A stretch of 64,000 nucleotides of DNA, taken from positions 736,001-800,000 of the forward strand of contig CAVQEQ010000003.1 in assembly GCA_963711565.1 (NCBI GenBank), read 5' to 3'. Below the pieces are notes generated by a model. The model saw nothing but the letters and a program-made list of their open reading frames with translations, did not search any database and was not told the origin of the DNA. The DNA is from an uncultured delta proteobacterium. Lineage in GTDB: Bacteria; Desulfobacterota; Binatia; Binatales; Binataceae. How positions within the stretch are numbered: position 1 is the first letter of the stretch; every line of letters starts with the position of its first letter. Positions 9,494 through 18,665 of this stretch are shown piece by piece. The position numbers and the translations under genes were made by a program.

Positions 9494-11287
9494 TCAGTTA
9501 ACGAGACCGCCGTTGCCGGCCAGATCTTGAGGCGACATGAATTGCAGATCGTAGAGCTTTCGATACTCCTGACCGCGAGCAAACAGTTCGTCGTGCGTGC
9601 CGTCTTCGACGATCCGGCCGTGAACGACTACGACGATCCGGTCCGCGCGCCGCACGGTGGACAGCCGATGCGCGATCACCAGCGTCGTGCGGTTTTCCAT
9701 CAGATGCTCGAGCGCTTCCTGCACCGATCGTTCCGCGGCGGAGTCCAGCGACGAGGTTGCCTCATCGAGAATCAAAATCGGTGCGTCCTTGAGCAGCGCC
9801 CGCGCGATCGCGATTCGCTGCCGCTCCCCGCCTGAGATGCGCACGCCCAACTCACCGACCATCGTCTCGTAACCGTTGGGCAGCCGCGAGATGAAGTCGT
9901 GTGCGTTGGCGAGCTTGGCGGCCGCGATCACGCGCTCGAGTTTCTTGTCGCTGCTGCCGTATGCGATATTCGCGCGAATGGTATCGTCGAACAGAAAGGT
10001 ACTCTGCGTCACCAGGCCGATTTCCGCGCGCAGCGATTTGAGCCGCAACTTGCGCACGTCGATTCCATCGACCGTAATCTGTCCCAGCTGCACGTCGTAA
10101 AAGCGCGGGATCAGATCCGCCATCGTCGATTTGCCACCGCCACTCATCCCGACCAGAGCCACGACCTTGCCGACACCGATCTCGAGGTTGATGTCGTGCA
10201 GCACCCATTCGTCGCCATAACGGAAGCTCACGTTTTCAAACGCGACGCTATGCGGGCCTGGTTGCAGGTCGATTCCATTCGGATCGTCGGGGACCTCACT
10301 TGGCAGATCCATCATCTCGAAGACGCGCTCCGCGGCCCCCAGTCCCTGTTGGATCGTATTATTGGTCTTGCTGACGCTCTTGAACGGCGGGTATACGAGA
10401 ATCATGACCGCAAAGAAACCCGCGAACTGACCTAGCGTGCGCGTACCCGCCTGCAGCGATCCCACCGCCCACCAGACTACCGCGACCACCGCAAATGCGC
10501 CGAGCGCCTCGATCAGCGGTCCGGTGAACGCCTTGATTCTCGCGACCCGCATGAAGATTCTGAACAGCCGTTTGAGTTCCCGGTTAAAGCGCCCGCGCTC
10601 GTAATCTTCCATCCCGAACGCCTTCACAACACGGTTTCCTTGCAAAGTTTCAACCAGCAGCGACTGCAACCCGCTCAATTGTTTTTGCTGATTCTTGGTT
10701 TCCCGGCGGACTTTCTTGGAGAGACTCACGATCGGCAAGACCACGATCGGAAAACCGATGAACGCAACGATCGCGAGCCGCCAATCGATATGGAAGGCGA
10801 CTGCCAGCAACGCTATCAGCGACATCCCGTCGCCGACGATCGAAAAGACACCGTTGCTCAGACTCGATACCACCATGCCGACGTCGTTGATCACTCGCGA
10901 AACCATCACTCCCGTGGGCGTGCGGTTGAAAAAACTCAGCGATTGGCGCTGGAGGCTCTCGTTCAGATCGCCCCGGATGTCCATCGTCATCTTTTGGGCG
11001 ATGTACGCACTCAGGTAGTCGTCCGAAAAGTTGGCAAGCGCGCGAAACAAAAACAATCCCGCAAGCACCAGCGAGTATTCACGCAGCTTAAAGGCGCTGT
11101 GCGCATCGAGCTGATGGCGGACTCCAAGATTAGTGCCCAAATCGACCACAGCCTTCGTCAGGAGTGGCACGCCTCCAGTTGCGGCCGACAGGACACCCAT
11201 CGCGATGGCCAGCAGCAGCACGTAGGGAAACAAATATTTGCGGAGGTAACCGAACAGTCGCCACTGCATTGGGGTGAGCAGCTTCAT
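9494..11287 (-). CDS. msbA: Lipid A flippase ABC transporter
   Basis: TM domain plus Walker A GMSGGGKS, ISGGERQRIAIARA, ILDEATS and IAHRLST; lies between lpxB and waaA. Start ATG 11287. Confidence 0.92.
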   Translation of the reverse strand: MKLLTPMQWRLFGYLRKYLFPYVLLLAIAMGVLSAATGGVPLLTKAVVDLGTNLGVRHQLDAHSAFKLREYSLVLAGLFLFRALANFSDDYLSAYIAQKMTMDIRGDLNESLQRQSLSFFNRTPTGVMVSRVINDVGMVVSSLSNGVFSIVGDGMSLIALLAVAFHIDWRLAIVAFIGFPIVVLPIVSLSKKVRRETKNQQKQLSGLQSLLVETLQGNRVVKAFGMEDYERGRFNRELKRLFRIFMRVARIKAFTGPLIEALGAFAVVAVVWWAVGSLQAGTRTLGQFAGFFAVMILVYPPFKSVSKTNNTIQQGLGAAERVFEMMDLPSEVPDDPNGIDLQPGPHSVAFENVSFRYGDEWVLHDINLEIGVGKVVALVGMSGGGKSTMADLIPRFYDVQLGQITVDGIDVRKLRLKSLRAEIGLVTQSTFLFDDTIRANIAYGSSDKKLERVIAAAKLANAHDFISRLPNGYETMVGELGVRISGGERQRIAIARALLKDAPILILDEATSSLDSAAERSVQEALEHLMENRTTLVIAHRLSTVRRADRIVVVVHGRIVEDGTHDELFARGQEYRKLYDLQFMSPQDLAGNGGLVN

Positions 11288-12483
11288 GCGGCGCTCCTCG
11301 ACGCGATCATCTCGAGCGCGATCTTCGCGACGCGTCCGGCCGCGCCCGGCGAGCCGAGCTTCTCGCGCAACGCCTTCAGCGCCGCGACCGTCTCCGCACG
11401 GATGGTGTCGCTCAGCAGCGGCTCGGCGGCCCGCACCAGCTTCTCCACGGTCACCTCGCCCTGGATCAGTTCCGGCACGATCTGCCAGCCCGCCAGGATA
11501 TTCGGCATCCCGATAAAATCCACTCCCGTCACAAGCATCCGCCCTAGGATATAGGTTAGCCGCGACACTTTGTAGGCGATGACTTCGGGGCATCCGAGCA
11601 GCGCCGTCTCCAGGGTGGCGGTCCCCGACGCAACCAGCCCGAGCTCACTCGCCGCCACAATGTTGTAGGTATCGCTCTCGACAATCTTGATTCCTGACAG
11701 GTCCGCGCGTCCAACTTCGGCAAGTTCGGCCTGCGTCAGGGTCGGCGCCAGCGCGAGCGCTATCTGAAGATCGTGATCGCGCGCGACAATCCGCGCCGCC
11801 TTGACCATCGGCTCCAGCAGATATCGAACTTCGGCGCGGCGGCTGCCCGGCAGGATCGAAATGATTCGAGCGCGCGCCGGGAATCCGTGACGCTTAAGCG
11901 TCTCGTCCCGGCTCTGTACCGTCGCAACTCGATCGAGCAGCGGATGCCCGACGAATGAGACGCGCTCGCCCGCGCGATGAAACAGTTCGGCCTCGAACGG
12001 CAGTACCACCGCCAGCCGGTCCGCGCGATCGACCAGCTTGTCGATTCGGCCGCGACGCCACGCCCATACTTGCGGCGTGATGTAGTAGAGCACCGGCACG
12101 CCATTGCGGCGCGCGGTGCCCGAGAGAATCAGGTTGAACTCCGCGTAGTCAATCAGGATCACCAGGTCCGGCCGCTCGCGCCGGATGATTCGGCGCAGCG
12201 CGCGAAACGCGCCAACGGTGCGCCCAATCGTCGAGGCCAGTTCCGAAAGTCCGAGTCCGTGGATGTCCTCGGTCTTGACGATTGCGCGGACGCCGGCCGC
12301 GCGCATTTTCTCGCCCGCGATTCCGAACAGTTCGCACGACCGGTCGCGCGCGAGAATCTCCCGCGCCAGGTCGCCGCCATGAAGATCGCCCGACGCCTCG
12401 CCCGCAACGATCATGATGCGGCTCCGGTGTGCGGTTTCTCTCAGGCGCTCATCAAGCGGCGGCGCTTCAGCATTCAAGGGCAT
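11284..12483 (-). CDS. lpxB: Lipid-A-disaccharide synthase
   Basis: AGEASGDLHG, PQVWAWR, LPFE, VGHPL, LPGSR, SGTATLE and PELIQ motifs. Confidence 0.96.
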   Translation of the reverse strand: MPLNAEAPPLDERLRETAHRSRIMIVAGEASGDLHGGDLAREILARDRSCELFGIAGEKMRAAGVRAIVKTEDIHGLGLSELASTIGRTVGAFRALRRIIRRERPDLVILIDYAEFNLILSGTARRNGVPVLYYITPQVWAWRRGRIDKLVDRADRLAVVLPFEAELFHRAGERVSFVGHPLLDRVATVQSRDETLKRHGFPARARIISILPGSRRAEVRYLLEPMVKAARIVARDHDLQIALALAPTLTQAELAEVGRADLSGIKIVESDTYNIVAASELGLVASGTATLETALLGCPEVIAYKVSRLTYILGRMLVTGVDFIGMPNILAGWQIVPELIQGEVTVEKLVRAAEPLLSDTIRAETVAALKALREKLGSPGAAGRVAKIALEMIASRSAA

Positions 12484-12625
12484 CGAAGCGATTGTGATTG
12501 AAAAACGTGAAGCCGCAAATAGCCCTGCTGGTCCGATTGACCGGCATTTCCAGCTTCGGGCGCGCTCGCATGGGTGTGCGAGCGGTGGACCACGGCAATG
12601 CTCAAAAGGAAGGACTTATCGATAT

Positions 12626-13549
12626 CTATCGGCCGGTGAGGCCGCTGGCGTAGCGAAAGCTGCCCCGCCCGGCATCGATCGCGGACGCTTCGCGTGGCAC
12701 TGCGTCGGACCTCTTCCAATCCGAAAAATCGAGCTTGAGCAGCTCCTCGAGCGCCTCGACCTCAGGTAGATAGCGCTCGGCCAACATCGCTTTTTTCTCG
12801 GGCGAAAGTGCCGGAAATATCTCGCCGCGCCCGTTGCAAAAATCCCAGATACCGGTCCTTCCCATCGCTCTGATCAAGCCATAAGCGTGACGCCTCTTCA
12901 GCCGGTATCGGAGGTGCCGCGCATTCTGGGCGAGTTTGCGGCTTTTCGGCGCGCGCTCGATCGAATTGGCCCGCCGTTGCCCAGTGCCATCATCAGGAAT
13001 CGAGATTCGCGCCGTCCCAATAAAGTCGCACACCCGGTCCAGATAGTCCTGGGGATCGTCGCGCAGCTCTTCATAGCGCATGATCAAAAAGCGCTCGCGG
13101 TCGAAGTGATCAAACCATGCCCTCAGCTGCTTTGCGTAGCGGTTGCCGTCATCGATATTCGGGCGCTGGTTGAGCACTTCATCGAACGTTCCACGTACGA
13201 ACGCACCGCGTACCAGCATTTTGTAAGTCGAATAGGCATGCTCGACCGGATTGCGAAACGTCACGAGGAATTTGCAGTCTGGCAGATGGCGATGAATGCG
13301 CGCGGGCGCCTTCATCGTGTTGAAGTAGGGACAAATCTCCGCCACCTTGCGTTCGCCGGTCGCGTAGCGGAAATGGTGCTGGTACCATTCGATTCCCTTC
13401 GAATAGAAGGTGGTGAAGAACTGCGTCTCCTTGACTCCGTACGGTAGATCGACGTGACCCTTGAGCAGCCCATGCAGCCAGGTTGTACCGGTACGGGGAG
13501 GGCCGAGCCCGATGAAATCGGGCAACCTGGTGATGGAACCTGACGCCAT
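12626..13549 (-). CDS. PAPS-dependent sulfotransferase
   Basis: 5'-PSB loop PDFIGLGPPRTGTTWL, KETQFF, 3'-PB motif FRNPVEHAYS, YEEL. Confidence 0.88.
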   Translation of the reverse strand: MASGSITRLPDFIGLGPPRTGTTWLHGLLKGHVDLPYGVKETQFFTTFYSKGIEWYQHHFRYATGERKVAEICPYFNTMKAPARIHRHLPDCKFLVTFRNPVEHAYSTYKMLVRGAFVRGTFDEVLNQRPNIDDGNRYAKQLRAWFDHFDRERFLIMRYEELRDDPQDYLDRVCDFIGTARISIPDDGTGQRRANSIERAPKSRKLAQNARHLRYRLKRRHAYGLIRAMGRTGIWDFCNGRGEIFPALSPEKKAMLAERYLPEVEALEELLKLDFSDWKRSDAVPREASAIDAGRGSFRYASGLTGR

Positions 13550-13692
13550 AACGCAGTCCCCATTAGCAGGTAGTGGGCCTGCCCACCCGAATTAGGGTCA
13601 AACCTTTGATGGAGAGCCCCTCCACCTTTCGACGGATCGTTTGACGCTCCACTGCGATTTCGCCGATTGTTAACGGTGCTCAGGAGAGAACG

Positions 13693-14776
13693 ATGAAGAC
13701 ACTGGATCGCAACAATCTTGACCTGAACGTCGCCCTGGCGCGCGCTGCCTTGTCGGTACTTGTGCTCGTATCGTGGTACGTCGATCCGTCTTACGGTGGA
13801 TGGTTCTACATCGACGAAGCTTCGTTGATCATTCTGACCCTGCATCTCGCCTACAGCCTGACCGCGGTCGTACTTATCGACCGCGGTATCGCGCCCTCTC
13901 TGGTGCCGGCAGGCTGCACCGCTCTCGACATCGTGTTTGCCGGCGTGGTCACGATCGTGACCGAGGGGCCGACCAGCCCCTCCTGGCTGTTTTTTGTCTT
14001 CGCGATTATCGTGGTCGATTGCAGCACCAGCTTTCGCGCGGTGATGACGGTGACGATTTTCAGCTCGCTGGTGTATCTCGTGCTGCTGGCGGCTTTCGTC
14101 CCCGGCCCCGGAAACGAGTACCTGATGCGGGCCGCGTACCTCGCCATCATCGGCTACCTGATCGGGTTCGTTGGCGCGCAACGCGCAAAGTTCGAAGCGC
14201 GCGTGCGCGACCTCGAGGCGGCCGCCGAACGCCATGCGATCGCGCGCGCACTTCACGACGGCTACGTGCAGGTGTTGGGCGGTGCGAACCTTCGGCTCGA
14301 GACCTGCCGGAACCTGATGAAGACCGGGCGCTCCGCCGAGGCGCTGGCAAGGATCACCGACCTGCAGAAGGAACTGGCGCGGGAATACGACGGCGTGCGC
14401 GCCTATATCCGCTCGCTCGCGGACGTTCGAACAGATCCCGGAGTTCGAAGAACACCCGTTTGCGGTCGAAACACTTTTCGAGCTGACGGCAAATTTCGCG
14501 GGGCGCGCGCGGCTACTCGAGCAGGTTCTTCAGATCGTTCTCGAAGGAGTGCGAAATAGCTGGCAGCACGGCAGAGCGGCCTGCGCCGCGATCAACATCA
14601 GCGCCGCCGACCATCTGATCCGAATCGCGATTGACGACGACGGCGTCGGCATTCGCAATCCCGAGAATCCGCCGTGGGCAATCGCGTCGCGGGTTGCCGA
14701 ATTCGGCGGGCAGCTGAGAATCGGCGGCGCTGAGCGTCCAGGCGCTCATCTGGAAATCGAAATCCCGGCGGCATAG
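13693..14776 (+). pseudogene. Membrane sensor histidine kinase (HisKA_3), split by a +1 frameshift near 14426 (possibly a sequencing error)
   Basis: TM helices and H-box ARALHDGYVQ lie in the first frame. N-box EGVRNSWQH and G1 box DDDGVG continue in the shifted frame (...LADV/EQIPEFEE...). Confidence 0.8.
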
Positions 14777-14778
14777 CT

Positions 14779-15414
14779 ATGGCGAAGCGCCTGCGTTTAA
14801 TCATCGCCGACGACCACTCGATTTTTCGCCAGGGTCTGAAGGAGCTGCTGCTGCTGCAGCCCGACGTCGAAGTGGTCGGCGAAGTCGCGCGCTTCAGCGA
14901 TCTCGCATCGATGCTGACGACCACGTCTTGCGATGTGCTCCTGCTCGATCTGCAAATGGAACGCTGGGTGGGCGGCAATATCGAACGGCTCAGCCGGATC
15001 ACCCGCGTCGTCGTGTTGACCGCGAGCGAGCGCAAGGAAGACGCGATGGCGGCGCTGCGGATGGGCGCGCACGCGTTCGTGCAAAAACGTTACGCGGTGG
15101 AAACCCTGATGGAAGCGATCCGGTCCGCGGCGCGGGGGCTGGTGTGGATTCCTCCCGCATTGCAGGCGGAACTCGCCGCCCAGCTCCGATCGCCCGCAAG
15201 CCGCCAGCTCTCCGACCGCGAGACCGAGATCATCCGCTGTATCGGCTTGGGGCTGCGGAACGCGGAAGTCGCCCGCCGGCTCTCGATCGGCGAAAGTACG
15301 GTCAAGACACATCTCAACAACATCTTTCAGAAGCTCGGCATCCGCGACCGTGTCGAGCTGGCGCTCTACGCGCAACGTGTTGGACTGGCGGAAGGGCCGC
15401 GCGGCAAACGCTAG
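14779..15414 (+). CDS. NarL/LuxR-family response regulator
   Basis: Receiver IIADDH...LLDL...VLT...K followed by the LuxR HTH LSDRETE...STVKTHLNNIFQKLG. Confidence 0.94.
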   Translation: MAKRLRLIIADDHSIFRQGLKELLLLQPDVEVVGEVARFSDLASMLTTTSCDVLLLDLQMERWVGGNIERLSRITRVVVLTASERKEDAMAALRMGAHAFVQKRYAVETLMEAIRSAARGLVWIPPALQAELAAQLRSPASRQLSDRETEIIRCIGLGLRNAEVARRLSIGESTVKTHLNNIFQKLGIRDRVELALYAQRVGLAEGPRGKR

Positions 15415-15474
15415 TCCGAGTGCGATTGCTATTTGGGGCGTTTCGCTTTGCGCGCCAAAGTCATAAATCCGGTT

Positions 15475-15906
15475 TCAATTGTCTTGCTCGAAATTCCGCC
15501 GGATCGCATCGCGTATCTGATCGACCGGCGAGCCCTGCTCCGACATCCGCTTCGCCAGCAGCGCCTCGCCGGTGCAAATTTCGCACGACGAGCCGTGCAT
15601 CCCGCGGTAGCAATCGAGCAGGTTCTGATGGCCTTCCGCCTTGTCGCATCCGCAGTAGCAATGCAATTCCGCGAGCAGCGCGGGATTTTGCTCGGCAAAT
15701 TTGTATGCTTCCTTTACCGGACCGACGAACTGATTTGGATCGAGCGTCAAGCGCCCCTGCGTTCCATCTGCCGCGACGGTTTCCGCCGCCTCCGCCCGCC
15801 CCGCGCCGCGCGCGCTATTCACCGATGAACCGCCGAGCATCGGCCACAGGTATGCAAGCGCGGTAATCGCAGCGAACGAGGAGCCAAGAATTATAGTCCG
15901 TCTCAC
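15475..15906 (-). CDS. PCYCGC-motif family exported protein (copy A)
   Basis: N-terminal hydrophobic anchor, LHCYCGC, GHQNLLDCY, HGSSCEIC and IRDAI; GTG start. Confidence 0.82.
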   Translation of the reverse strand: MRRTIILGSSFAAITALAYLWPMLGGSSVNSARGAGRAEAAETVAADGTQGRLTLDPNQFVGPVKEAYKFAEQNPALLAELHCYCGCDKAEGHQNLLDCYRGMHGSSCEICTGEALLAKRMSEQGSPVDQIRDAIRRNFEQDN

Positions 15907-15972
15907 GCTGCACCACCCATGTTCAGTACGCCGTCAGCAATTGCAAATTCGCTCCGAGGTAAAACACGCTAC

Positions 15973-16839
15973 TCAATGCGGCGGCGGTGTATTGGCCAGC
16001 ACCACCGACCATCCAAGCACGACTGCCAACAGGACGCATTCCACGGCCACGTTTCGAACCAGCGTAGCACGGGCCGAAGATTCTCCGATCGATCCTACCA
16101 GCCGATATCGATTGTAGCCGCCAATCAGGATCACCGTGGCCGCCGTGCCGACCTTCCACAGCAGCGTCCGCCCGTAAAGCGAATTCACCAACAGATCGAG
16201 ATGCAATCCCAACGTATCCCACGCCCTGATCGCGCCGGTCACAATCAGTGCGGCGACTGACCATCCCGCGATCGTCGATACTCGCGACGTTGCCGACCGC
16301 AGCCAATCCGCACCGGCATGTCCGTAGGTCGCGCCTATCAACAGCGAGACCAGCGCGCCGATCCACATGCCCGCCGCGGCCTGATGCGCGAAATGAACGG
16401 AGATCGCAAATGCGCCTTTGTCGATCGCATGACTCGTTACGCTTTGCAGCGCGAGCAGAGCCGCCGAGATGGCGAATATCAGCGCCGTCGCAAGCCGCCC
16501 CGGCGCGGGAATCCAGGCCACCAGAGCCAACAGCAGCGCCGTCGCGAGTCTCCACGTCCATACCCGGCCGGCAAAAGTCTCGCGCATAATCTGCGGCATC
16601 ACCGGAATAACTTCTCTGAAGGTCGAATCCGCCATTCCCGCGCCGACGGACAAGAGTCTGAGCGGCGACATCACGACTACAATCAGAGCGAGCACTCGCC
16701 ACAGCGACGCCATGCTTCTGCTCCATCGTTCGCCGTCGGCGAGATCGCGCGGCGCCGCCACCAGCGCGAAAGCCGTAGTTCCGAATATCAGCACTTGCGA
16801 CCCTACCAACGGCCACGCGAAGATTGGCTGCGGGATCAC
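15973..16839 (-). CDS. copD: CopD family copper uptake membrane protein
   Basis: TSHA, HFAHQAAAGMWIGAL, TG, YGRTLLWK and NRYRL motifs. GTG start overlaps the copC stop (GTGA). Confidence 0.88.
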   Translation of the reverse strand: MIPQPIFAWPLVGSQVLIFGTTAFALVAAPRDLADGERWSRSMASLWRVLALIVVVMSPLRLLSVGAGMADSTFREVIPVMPQIMRETFAGRVWTWRLATALLLALVAWIPAPGRLATALIFAISAALLALQSVTSHAIDKGAFAISVHFAHQAAAGMWIGALVSLLIGATYGHAGADWLRSATSRVSTIAGWSVAALIVTGAIRAWDTLGLHLDLLVNSLYGRTLLWKVGTAATVILIGGYNRYRLVGSIGESSARATLVRNVAVECVLLAVVLGWSVVLANTPPPH

Positions 16840-17225
16840 GATCCGCCGTTTACGACCGAGAAGGTGTACGAACCGTTCGTGTGATGCGTGTCGATGCACA
16901 CGACCGCCCACTTGACTGTGTAGTCGCCGGGCTTCAGCGCGCCCAATTTGACCGACAACTGGATTCCGTCGTCGCTGACTTGCGGCGTTCCGACCGCCAG
17001 GTTCTGCCCGTCAGCGCCCGTCACTTCCAGCTTGGCGAACAGCTTCTCGATTGGTGCGTCGAATTTGATCGTCACCTCCGACGGCGCCGATCCTAGTGTC
17101 TGCCCCGCCTTCGGACTTTCCTCCTCGGGAAACGAATGCGCGGAGGCCGGAATCGGAATACTCACTACAATTGCCAGTAGCGCGGGAGCGAATAGCAACA
17201 TTTTTCGGACGTTCATGGTTCTCAT
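16836..17225 (-). CDS. copC: CopC periplasmic copper-binding protein
   Basis: Signal peptide ASA/H gives a mature His1. P..G, GDYTVKW and DTH..G.Y.F.V match the CopC pattern; adjacent to copD. Confidence 0.9.
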   Translation of the reverse strand: MRTMNVRKMLLFAPALLAIVVSIPIPASAHSFPEEESPKAGQTLGSAPSEVTIKFDAPIEKLFAKLEVTGADGQNLAVGTPQVSDDGIQLSVKLGALKPGDYTVKWAVVCIDTHHTNGSYTFSVVNGGS

Positions 17226-18136
17226 TCTCCGTACAACTTCCAGTTGCCTTGCGGAAATATCGAGTCGTAGAAAATATCCAACAGCCCGAGGATTGCCGCA
17301 TGATTGCCGGATACGCTTGCCTGGTTGAGCGCGAACTGGGTGCCGACGCTGAGTTCGAAACGGTAGCTGACGTACGCAATTCCAGGCGTCACCAGGATCG
17401 TCGGGAAGGTCTGGCCCGACGGTCCTTTCACCAGTTGGTTGTAGTTGAATTCATTGAACAGAAACAGATTGCGCAGCGGCCACTTGAGTCCGATGTCCTG
17501 CACGTTGTTGCTCAGGTACAGGAGCGAGTACTCGATCATCCCGTCGGCAAACATATTGTGACTGGTATGTCCGCCCAACGCGGGGATATAGCCGTAGTCA
17601 AACTGGAATCCAATCGGCCGCAGCCACTTCAGCAGCGTGGTGTTGGGCAAGTCGCCGAGCGCCTTCGCTCCGATCAATTCCGGGCCGAGGCTCGTATGCT
17701 GTTGGGACTGAACGGATGGATTGCCCGTGGGTAAATCCAGCACCGCCTTCGCCGACAAAATAAATTCATGTTGCGGAATGATTAGAAACGCATACTTGGC
17801 GAACAGTTCCAAATCGTCGAACCCGCTGACATTGGCCCCCTGCTTTGGCGATTGGTAGATCCAGGTCGAGCCGCCGCCGACGCTGAATCGCGGCAAGTTG
17901 TCGCTGTCGGTGCCGAGCAGTTTTTCGATTGACGAACCGATTGAGAAAGTGCGGCCACCGGAATTCCGGTTCCAGTCCGGCGCGACTATATCCGCCTCGT
18001 TGGCCGGAGTCGCGTCGTCGGTCACCAGCGGCTCCAGGAATATGTAATCCCCTACGACTCCGTGCGCGTACACTGCGCTCGCGCGCAGCGCGATCACTGC
18101 TATCAAAGCTAACACAAGACTTTTCCGCATTATCAT
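17222..18136 (-). CDS. Putative outer-membrane beta-barrel (COG4313/MetA-pathway-like) with mature N-terminal His
   Basis: Signal peptide AVYA/HGVVG, amphipathic strands and GFDDLELFAKY...LDLPTG. Stop overlaps the copC ATG. Confidence 0.6.
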   Translation of the reverse strand: MIMRKSLVLALIAVIALRASAVYAHGVVGDYIFLEPLVTDDATPANEADIVAPDWNRNSGGRTFSIGSSIEKLLGTDSDNLPRFSVGGGSTWIYQSPKQGANVSGFDDLELFAKYAFLIIPQHEFILSAKAVLDLPTGNPSVQSQQHTSLGPELIGAKALGDLPNTTLLKWLRPIGFQFDYGYIPALGGHTSHNMFADGMIEYSLLYLSNNVQDIGLKWPLRNLFLFNEFNYNQLVKGPSGQTFPTILVTPGIAYVSYRFELSVGTQFALNQASVSGNHAAILGLLDIFYDSIFPQGNWKLYGE

Positions 18137-18200
18137 TCATCACGGCCGCGAGGGCCGCATCCTCTACTGGTATAAATTGGGTTAAATTGAGTTTCGTGAT

Positions 18201-18665
18201 CTATGGTTCCGTGACTGCGACGCGCACGGACCGGTCGGCAAGCGAGCGTAAATAGACGAACAGCGCGCTCGCGAACAACACCGCGTCCAACGCGAGCTCG
18301 ATCCACATTCTCGGACGTGATGGAGCGCCGGCGCCGAAACAGCCGCAGTCGAGTGTGAGACCTCGCAGCAGCGCCGACGCCAACGCCGTGAAAAATACCG
18401 CGGAGAGCAGAACGACGGCGATCGCCCCTACCCGCCTGGTCCGCGGCCCGAGCAACAAGAGCCCGCATGCGATCTCGAATGGCGGCAGACCCAGCGCGAG
18501 CAAGTTGATGAACACCGCCGGCAGGATCCCAAACGCCGCGATGCTGTCGGCGAATTGCAGCGGGTCGCGCAACTTGTCGATGCCCGCATAGATGAATACC
18601 GCCGCCATCGCCAGGCTCACCGCAAGCAGCACGTAGCGAAGACGCGGGTTGTCCGATGCCATCAT
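18201..18665 (-). CDS. MauE/DoxX family membrane protein
   Basis: FIYAGIDKL.DP..F, LPPFEIACGLLL and RGLTLDCGCFG (MauE CGCFG motif). ATG overlaps the rhodanese stop. Confidence 0.88.
   Translation of the reverse strand: MMASDNPRLRYVLLAVSLAMAAVFIYAGIDKLRDPLQFADSIAAFGILPAVFINLLALGLPPFEIACGLLLLGPRTRRVGAIAVVLLSAVFFTALASALLRGLTLDCGCFGAGAPSRPRMWIELALDAVLFASALFVYLRSLADRSVRVAVTEP

Noticed and set aside
18201-18665. Methylamine utilisation (mau) cluster
   Set aside because: Only a MauE/DoxX homolog is present; there is no mauA, mauB, mauD or mauG.
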